A stretch of DNA of 32,000 nucleotides. Origin: Synechocystis sp. PCC 6803 substr. PCC-P (lineage in GTDB: Bacteria > Cyanobacteriota > Cyanobacteriia > Cyanobacteriales > Microcystaceae). Positions 26,040 to 32,000 of the stretch are shown piece by piece (the stretch's first letter is position 1; every line of letters starts with the position of its first letter). Where the stretch lies: the NCBI RefSeq assembly GCF_000284455.1, contig NC_017039.1, positions 1,380,001 to 1,412,000 on the forward strand. Direction: 5' to 3'. A program made the position numbers and the translations under genes. Below the pieces are notes generated by a model. It saw only the letters and a program-made list of their open reading frames with translations, did not search any database and was not told the origin of the DNA.

Positions 26040-27482
26040 TTGCCCGTTCTTTGCCCTGCTTCATCATCCATGCTTTCCCTGCTCACACCTCTAGTTCTGG
26101 CCCAAGCTAATCCGATCGCCATTCCCATCACGCCACCACCGGTAATTACCCAGCCCGCCCCCACCATCGGTGACACTCCCCAAGAACTAAAAGTTGTGCA
26201 GCCAGTGCGCCCTTTGCCAGGGCAACTAGACCAAATTCCCGTTTTTAACAGTAACAGTCCTGAACTGATTTTTAACGAAGGCATTATCCTCTCCACTTTG
26301 CCTTCCATTGGCATGGGCCATCCCTATGCCCACCTAAATCATCCTTTCCGAGGTCGGTTTGATGTCTTTGCCCACCACGTTGTCCAGGCTTCCCCTGAAG
26401 GGAAAACTTTATATTTAGGGGTGTTACTGTTCAATGGCAGTCGGCAGGATGCCACGGTGGAAATTCTGCAGGGGGCCAGTTCCCTCACTTCCCCCGACGC
26501 TCTATTTATCGATCTTCCGCCGGTGGTGGAAAACAATGACGGGAATGTATTTGCTGGCCCCGGCAGTCGGGTGACCAATGACGTACTACGGGGCAAAAGA
26601 CAAACGGATTACCCAGACAAATTCGTCATTCCTGCCGGCCAAAGCCGCATGTTAATTAATCAGCCTTTGCCGGTGAACTATACCCCAGTGCCTGGGCAAC
26701 CACCGCCGATTCGACTACCCCGCAACGGTTTTTCCGCTTACTTACGACTTAATACCAACGTCCCCATTCATGCCGCCAGCATGGCCATGTATGCTCCCCA
26801 GAATAGCCTTGGTGTAGAACAGGCTCCCCGTTTGGCCGATTGGGAAAATTTGCTCAAAACTGCCAACCTGATGCAACCCAGGGACCGCATTCCCCGTAAT
26901 AGCCAACGCCGCATTTATAGCCGGGTGGCGGGGGTTTCCATTGGCTCCCAGTGGCAAGCCACCATCACTGATGACAACAGCCAAAAGCTAACCATTCCCG
27001 AACCGGGACAGGGTTTTTCCTATCCCATTAGCGCTTTGGAAGGGGGCCGCATGGGCACCGGGCAAAATCAGTCTGCCCCCATGGCGGTGCGTTACCCTGA
27101 CACAGCCTATGAGTCCCACGGTAATTATGGAGTGCAATATAGTTTGACCTTGCCCTTGGTGAACAATACCAATCGCAATCAGACCGTGGACCTGACGGTG
27201 GAAACTCCCCTCAAATTCAACGATGCCCCCAATGATCAGCTAACTTTTTTGGTACCTCCTGCGGTCAATGTCTTTTTCCGAGGCACAGTAAGATTCAGCT
27301 ATACCGATCGCCGGGGGCAAACCAATAACCGTTACTACCATCTGGTGCAACGGCGGGGCCAAAAGGGAGAAAATTTGGTCAGCCTCGACCTCAAACCAGG
27401 GGAGGCAAGAACTGTGCAGGTGGATCTGCTTTATCCCCCCGACGCGACTCCGCCCCAACTGTTAACAGTGAGAACTCGCTAG
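26040..27482 (+). CDS. Large exported protein of unknown function (DUF3370-like by recollection)
   Basis: 480-aa ORF starting at TTG, with an ATG alternative at 26070 (MLSLLTPLVLAQA, signal-like). A Pro-rich linker is followed by a long beta-rich region (PLPGQLDQIPVFNSNSPELI...). No enzymatic motif was recognised. Confidence 0.7.
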   Translation: MPVLCPASSSMLSLLTPLVLAQANPIAIPITPPPVITQPAPTIGDTPQELKVVQPVRPLPGQLDQIPVFNSNSPELIFNEGIILSTLPSIGMGHPYAHLNHPFRGRFDVFAHHVVQASPEGKTLYLGVLLFNGSRQDATVEILQGASSLTSPDALFIDLPPVVENNDGNVFAGPGSRVTNDVLRGKRQTDYPDKFVIPAGQSRMLINQPLPVNYTPVPGQPPPIRLPRNGFSAYLRLNTNVPIHAASMAMYAPQNSLGVEQAPRLADWENLLKTANLMQPRDRIPRNSQRRIYSRVAGVSIGSQWQATITDDNSQKLTIPEPGQGFSYPISALEGGRMGTGQNQSAPMAVRYPDTAYESHGNYGVQYSLTLPLVNNTNRNQTVDLTVETPLKFNDAPNDQLTFLVPPAVNVFFRGTVRFSYTDRRGQTNNRYYHLVQRRGQKGENLVSLDLKPGEARTVQVDLLYPPDATPPQLLTVRTR

Positions 27483-27509
27483 ATTTGGCTTAGCGGTTTT
27501 TCGTTGAGT

Positions 27510-28541
27510 TTAAGCCGTGGCCACTTTTGTCGACTTCCCTTCCTCCTCCGTTTCCTCTTCCCCCAACCCCAATTCCCGTTTGAGGATGGCAATGGATTTT
27601 TCGCCAATGTAATGTTCAGAGCAAATAATTTCCGGCATCCGGATTAAATCATGGCGTTCCGCTTCGATCGCCTGACGCACAATGGGTTCACTGGCGGGAT
27701 CGGTGATAATGGTGCGGGCAGTGCGGACTAGGGAGCGTAATTTCTGGGGATCGCTCACCAGAGCCGATTTCAAAAAGAGGGATTCTCCCCGCAGGCTGTG
27801 GATAAGAATTTCGGCAATGGTGAGAATGCCGGGGCTAAGGCTCACAATGCCTAAGCAGGAATTCTCTGGCAGAGCTTTGACCAACTCTAGCTCTTTGCTG
27901 TAATCGTAAATATCAACGGGAATCACCCGCACATCATAGGGAGTAGCAATGGACTCCGCCTCGGCCAAAAAATAACGACTGGTGACCACCGTGCCAGAAG
28001 GCAATTCGGACAAGGTTTGTTTGAGGGTTTCCATGGGCACCAACTGCACCGGAATTACTAAAGCTTGTTCTAATTCATTAAGAATTAACTGCCCCGCCCC
28101 GATGTCCCGCTGGGGCACAGTGACCAACACCCTAGCCGTACTACGCAGCCGCCAATCAATGGTTTCCAAACAAAGCTCTTTCACTTGGGAGAGGTTTAAC
28201 CCCTGACCCAGCAGTTCATCAATGGTTTTTTGGATTAGTTGACTGGCTTCGGGATATTCCCGGAATAGGGGGCCATCGAGGATCATGCCCTCCTCGGTGC
28301 TGGGGGCTTTGACATAAATGCCTGAACCAGCAATGGATTCCACCAGGCCCGCATCTTCCAGATTTTGGTAAACCTTACTGATGGTGTTGCGGTGCAAGCC
28401 CGTCATCATGGCCAGTTGTCTAGTACTGGGCAAACGGTGCCCCGGATGATACTGGCGGGAGGCGATCGCAAAACGAATTTGGTCAAATAACTGCTTGGAA
28501 GCGGGAATTTCGCTGTCGTTTTGAATTTGGAACTGTAGCAT
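27510..28541 (-). CDS. GntR-family transcriptional regulator (PlmA-like) with a large C-terminal domain
   Basis: The ATG at 28541 gives MLQFQIQNDSEIPASKQLFDQIRFAIASRQYHPGHRLPSTRQLAMMTGLHRNTISKVYQNLEDAGLVESIAGSGIYVK, a GntR wHTH. The track's 45-aa N-terminal extension is unlikely. Confidence 0.85.
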   Translation of the reverse strand: MLQFQIQNDSEIPASKQLFDQIRFAIASRQYHPGHRLPSTRQLAMMTGLHRNTISKVYQNLEDAGLVESIAGSGIYVKAPSTEEGMILDGPLFREYPEASQLIQKTIDELLGQGLNLSQVKELCLETIDWRLRSTARVLVTVPQRDIGAGQLILNELEQALVIPVQLVPMETLKQTLSELPSGTVVTSRYFLAEAESIATPYDVRVIPVDIYDYSKELELVKALPENSCLGIVSLSPGILTIAEILIHSLRGESLFLKSALVSDPQKLRSLVRTARTIITDPASEPIVRQAIEAERHDLIRMPEIICSEHYIGEKSIAILKRELGLGEEETEEEGKSTKVATA

Positions 28542-28756
28542 TTTAGGGAATGGTAAACGAGGAGTAGGCAGATTCAGTCCGGATTTCATCCCAGGGCTTA
28601 AGACGGCCCTAACTGGGGAAAGGTTCATTGACGGTTTGGTTTTGATCGCCACTGGTAACCTTGCCCAAGCCATCACTTATTGCCGATATTGCCGACAAAA
28701 TTTTCCAACACCTTCCCAATTAATTTTCACCGATTATAAAATTCTCAAAATTTCCA

Positions 28757-29179
28757 TCAACTTTTAAAGGGCCGGAGCCAATCCCTAGCCATGGCCCAAT
28801 CGAGGCTGGAACGAACTACAGCAAAACCAATCAGACTTTCCCCCATCAAAATGGCGATCGCCAGGGGGTCTTCAGTGGTGGGTAACGCGATCAGTCCGCT
28901 GCTCCGCACCAAAGTGAAAGCTAAAACCGCCCCGTCCCGGAGATGGGCATTGTCATCCTGGCGAATGATGTAACGATAGGTGACAGCAAATAAAAAGCCA
29001 CTCAGCAAACCACTACCAAAGTTCAAACCCAGGTTAATCCAGTCCGAATTGAGTGTGCTTGTCAGTAGGTTGAAATAGGTGTTGCCCAGCAAGGTCAATC
29101 CATAAACCAACCCAAAGGCGGTCGCCCCGAGGCAACCGGCCTTAATGGACTCCAAACGTTCTTGAAAGCTTAATTGCAC
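28757..29179 (-). CDS. Four-TM hypothetical membrane protein
   Basis: 140-aa ORF with hydrophobic segments. It starts 34 nt downstream of the IMPase-family gene on the same strand. Confidence 0.6.
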   Translation of the reverse strand: MQLSFQERLESIKAGCLGATAFGLVYGLTLLGNTYFNLLTSTLNSDWINLGLNFGSGLLSGFLFAVTYRYIIRQDDNAHLRDGAVLAFTLVRSSGLIALPTTEDPLAIAILMGESLIGFAVVRSSLDWAMARDWLRPFKS

Positions 29180-29213
29180 CCGTCATCACCCCCCAGAACG
29201 AACCATCGATCAA

Positions 29214-30017
29214 TTATTGCAGGAAAGCTAAAATTTCACTGTGCAATTTTGGGTTAGGACTGGCCACAACTTCCGTGGACTCTGGGGTTAACTCTTTGCC
29301 CTGCCAATCGGTAAAACAGTAATTTGCCCCGGTCAAAATGGGGATCAATGCACAAAAGTCATAAAAATTTAAATCCGCTTCCACTATTACTAAGGGCATG
29401 GCTGTCCAACCGCTAGCGGCACTGAGGTAATTGAAACAATCTCCCCCAAAGGCGGTGCGCTGACATTGGCGGTAAATATCAGCCATTTTCTGTTGCTGAA
29501 CCGGGGTGGTGAACATTAGTGGTGTGGTGGAGACAATACAGGCGGCAGTTAAATTAATTTCGCTTGCTTTATAGGGATTAACCAAGGGAATGCCATTAAC
29601 GTTACTTTGCTCTCCCTGTACCCCCTGCCATCGATCACCGCTGATGGGTTGGTGGGCAATGCCCAGCACTGGCCGCATATCTGCATCTACTAAGCCAATG
29701 AGGGTGGCAAAAATTGGCAAGCCCCGCACAAAGGAGGAAGTGCCGTCAATGGGGTCTAACACCCAGGTATAGCCAGACTTTCCCGCAATATTTTTGCCTT
29801 CCTCCCGAATTACGCCATCCTGGGGGAATTGTGCCTGGATTAAATCCACCATGGCCTGTTCTGCTTCTTCATCGGCTTGGGTAACAATGGCGGAAACCTG
29901 GTCTATTTTTGTTCCACCCTGTAAATGGGAACGGCGAAAGTATTGAATAAGGATCTCCCCGGAAACGGCGGCCAACTGCTGGGCAATGAATAGTCTTTGT
30001 TCAACCTCTGGTAACAT
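29214..30017 (-). CDS. Inositol-monophosphatase-family phosphatase (HisN-type histidinol-phosphatase candidate)
   Basis: IMPase motifs are present: WVLDPIDGTSSFVRGLP (the DPIDGT metal site) and a C-terminal WD-type region (FTDWQG). The start lies 4 nt downstream of the hisC stop. Confidence 0.85.
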   Translation of the reverse strand: MLPEVEQRLFIAQQLAAVSGEILIQYFRRSHLQGGTKIDQVSAIVTQADEEAEQAMVDLIQAQFPQDGVIREEGKNIAGKSGYTWVLDPIDGTSSFVRGLPIFATLIGLVDADMRPVLGIAHQPISGDRWQGVQGEQSNVNGIPLVNPYKASEINLTAACIVSTTPLMFTTPVQQQKMADIYRQCQRTAFGGDCFNYLSAASGWTAMPLVIVEADLNFYDFCALIPILTGANYCFTDWQGKELTPESTEVVASPNPKLHSEILAFLQ

Positions 30018-30021
30018 CTCC

Positions 30022-31071
30022 CTATCCCAAAGACCCTTTCAAACTGGCGATCGCCAACAGTAGTTGATCAATTTCCCCGTCAGTACCCACGGTAATGCGG
30101 AGATAATCGGTAATGCGGGGATGGTTAAAGTAACGCACCAGAATTTTCTTTTCCTTTAAGGCTTGGTACAGGTCAGCGGCGGCCATCCAACGGGGAGCGG
30201 CAAACACAAAATTGGCATCCGAGGGACATACCTGGAAATCTAACTCCGCCAATTGCTCCATTAAACGGGTGCGAGTGTGGCGTACCTTTTCCCAGAGGGG
30301 CACAAATTCAGCCTGGTTCCGTAAAGCGGCGGTGCCCAATACCTGGGCCAAACGATCCAAGTTGTAGGAATCCCGCACCTTATCCATTTCTTCAATCAAG
30401 GCCGGAGCGGCGATCGCCAAACCCACCCGCATCCCCGCCAGGCTATAACTCTTGGAAAGGGTACGGGAAATAATCACATTGTCAAACTCTTGCAGAAAGT
30501 CCCAATGGTCCTCGTCGGAAAAATCCCCGTAGGCTTCGTCAATGACCACTACTCCCTCCGCCTGGGCGCAGGTCTGCCAAAGGAATTCTCGATTTAAATG
30601 CTTGCCTTTGGGGGGATTGGGGGAAGCGAGGAAAATCAGTTTTGCCTCTGGACAAATCACCGGCCCGGTTAAATCAAAATTGGCATCGGTGGCAATTTTT
30701 TGTACCTTAGCCCCATGGACTGAGGCGATCGTTTCATATAGGGAGTAAGTAAGATCTAAAAAGGCAACAGTTTCCCCTGGATCGACAAAGGTACGCACCA
30801 CAATATTGAGAATATCGTCGGAGCCATTGCCTGCTAAAACCTGATTTAAATCCACTCCATACAAATCCGCCGCTGCTTGACGTAACTGGGTCGAAACGGG
30901 ATCAGGGTAAAGCCTTACTTTTGGTAACTCCGCTGCCACCGCTGCCAACACCTGGGCGGGAGGATCGTAGGGATTTTCGTTGGTGTTGAGCTTGATAAAA
31001 TCGTTGGTTTGGGGCTGTTCCCCAGGCACATAGGCGGGGGTATGACGGACGGACGGACGGATAGACACCAT
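30022..31071 (-). CDS. hisC: Histidinol-phosphate aminotransferase
   Basis: Class-II aminotransferase pattern: KLNTNENPY, GNGSDD, IDEAY, and the PLP lysine context SRTLSKSYSLAGMRVG. The ATG at 31071 (MVSIRPSV...) gives a typical 349 aa; the track start at 31125 adds 18 aa. Confidence 0.92.
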   Translation of the reverse strand: MVSIRPSVRHTPAYVPGEQPQTNDFIKLNTNENPYDPPAQVLAAVAAELPKVRLYPDPVSTQLRQAAADLYGVDLNQVLAGNGSDDILNIVVRTFVDPGETVAFLDLTYSLYETIASVHGAKVQKIATDANFDLTGPVICPEAKLIFLASPNPPKGKHLNREFLWQTCAQAEGVVVIDEAYGDFSDEDHWDFLQEFDNVIISRTLSKSYSLAGMRVGLAIAAPALIEEMDKVRDSYNLDRLAQVLGTAALRNQAEFVPLWEKVRHTRTRLMEQLAELDFQVCPSDANFVFAAPRWMAAADLYQALKEKKILVRYFNHPRITDYLRITVGTDGEIDQLLLAIASLKGSLG

Positions 31072-31263
31072 TGCGCAATTACGATCAAAGGGGCAATAAA
31101 TCCCTTTGTTTAAAGCTTCTCCCATTACAGACCATACCCCGACACCGTTGCCGCTGTAAAGGCGACGTCTAGGAAAAAACAGGGGAAAGAATGCCCTTTG
31201 TTTGGGCTATTTTTTAGGGATGGATTGGGACGACATGGAGATATGCCATGGCCAAACTGCCAA

Positions 31264-31578
31264 TCAGTCACAGCAATGGCGGGGAACATAGGCTTGGGTT
31301 ACTTGGCCATAGGATTCCAGGTAATGCCGTAGATGGTGAAATTGTTCGGGATTGAGACGGTAATAAATCCAGCGGCCGTCCTGGCGAGTGTGCACCAATT
31401 CCGCATCCCGCAGGCGTTTGAGGTGAAAAGATAACTTGGATTGACTAATATTCAGTTGGTCGCAAAGGTCACAGACGCACTGTTCTTGATTTTCCAGCAG
31501 AGTTAGCACCTGGAGGCGAATAGGGTCAGACAAAGCTTGAAACCCGACACTGATTAGGTCTTTTTCCGTTGTTTTCAC
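31264..31578 (-). CDS. arsR: ArsR/SmtB-family metalloregulator with a CVCDLC motif
   Basis: ALSDPIRLQVLTLLENQEQCVCDLCDQLNISQSKLSFHLKRLRDAELVHTRQDGRWIYYRLN is an ArsR wHTH with the arsenite-type Cys cluster. A C-terminal HCC is also present. Confidence 0.88.
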   Translation of the reverse strand: MKTTEKDLISVGFQALSDPIRLQVLTLLENQEQCVCDLCDQLNISQSKLSFHLKRLRDAELVHTRQDGRWIYYRLNPEQFHHLRHYLESYGQVTQAYVPRHCCD

Positions 31579-31949
31579 GACAATATAGAAAAATATGAGG
31601 ATATTAAAAATAATTTATGCGATTTTCTTGCGGATAACCACCGAAAAGCTCTGGATGTATTATGGTGTGAATTGATCCCATTCACCCCCCATCTAGCTAC
31701 GACATTACCCCACTGTGCAGGCTGATTGGGCAAAGATTCCGTTCAAAACTAGGGAGTGGGTTAGATGCTGGGGAAATGTAGCCAAATTCTTGCCCCCAAA
31801 AAGTAAAATTTTCGTTGATTTTGTACAAAATTTGACAAAACAGTGCTACCTTTCGTGGTGGATATTTTTGATCCAAACTAGTTGGCTAAACCTAGGCCTA
31901 AATTGAGCCTAACAAGAAATAAACTCTTTTTCCCTTTTTGAAGACGCAA

Positions 31950-32000
31950 ATGAAAAAGTACATTGCTGAATTTATTGGCACTTTTTGGTTAGTGCTTGGT
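31950..32000 (+). CDS. aqpZ: Aquaporin Z, first 17 codons only (continues beyond the window)
   Basis: MKKYIAEFIGTFWLVLG matches the conserved AqpZ N-terminus (E.FGTFWLV.GGCG). Confidence 0.65.
   Translation, partial: MKKYIAEFIGTFWLVLG

Noticed and set aside
27487-27516. GGCTTA-N18-TAAGCC inverted repeat in the 27-nt gap between the convergent 480-aa ORF and the GntR gene, considered as a bidirectional terminator.
   Set aside because: It has a 6-bp stem, a large loop, and no clean T tracts on either side. Confidence is too low for a feature call.
28542-28676. 45-aa N-terminal extension of the GntR ORF (MMAWARLPVAIKTKPS...).
   Set aside because: GntR wHTH domains begin within a few residues of the N-terminus. 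The ATG at 28541 gives that arrangement, and the extension is Pro/Lys/Leu-rich with no features.
31715-31906. The 63-aa + strand ORF in the arsR-aqpZ intergenic region.
   Set aside because: It starts at GTG with no SD-like sequence, is Trp/Leu/Lys-rich, and sits where the two divergent promoters are expected. I have no supporting evidence for it.

Overview
This window reads as ordinary chromosome from a unicellular cyanobacterium. The gene content and order (crtP-crtB, pstSCAB, a solitary ureA, tRNA-Glu(UUC), a GluR0-type glutamate-gated K+ channel) and 23 perfect copies of the HIP1 octamer GCGATCGC match my memory of Synechocystis sp. PCC 6803. That identification is recognition only; no search was run. 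I support about 40 protein genes, one tRNA, two adjacent insertion sequences (a decayed IS5-family element and an apparently intact IS1-family element), a phased Pho-box array upstream of pstS, and a few promoter and terminator candidates. I found no rRNA, no CRISPR array, no prophage and no recognisable defence or toxin-antitoxin module. I cannot point to a clearly new multi-gene system. The items most worth a second look are: (1) a persulfide-dioxygenase / membrane-rhodanese / TauE cluster with an intercalated unknown secreted protein and no adjacent sensor or SQR (23.1-25.9 kb); (2) a ferredoxin-cyclase fusion whose cyclase catalytic residues are all substituted (1-917); (3) a terminator-like hairpin inside the long pstS leader, downstream of six phased Pho boxes (7.6-7.85 kb); (4) a LysR regulator divergent from a redox/secreted-protein operon next to the IS pair (1.1-5.5 kb); (5) a hisC-IMPase pair 4 nt apart (HisN candidate), with a tetranucleotide repeat at the hisC 5' end; (6) an unannotated 34-codon membrane ORF overlapping the next gene's start in ATGA. 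Family names such as DUFxxxx and locus-level identities come from memory of sequence signatures, not from database searches.
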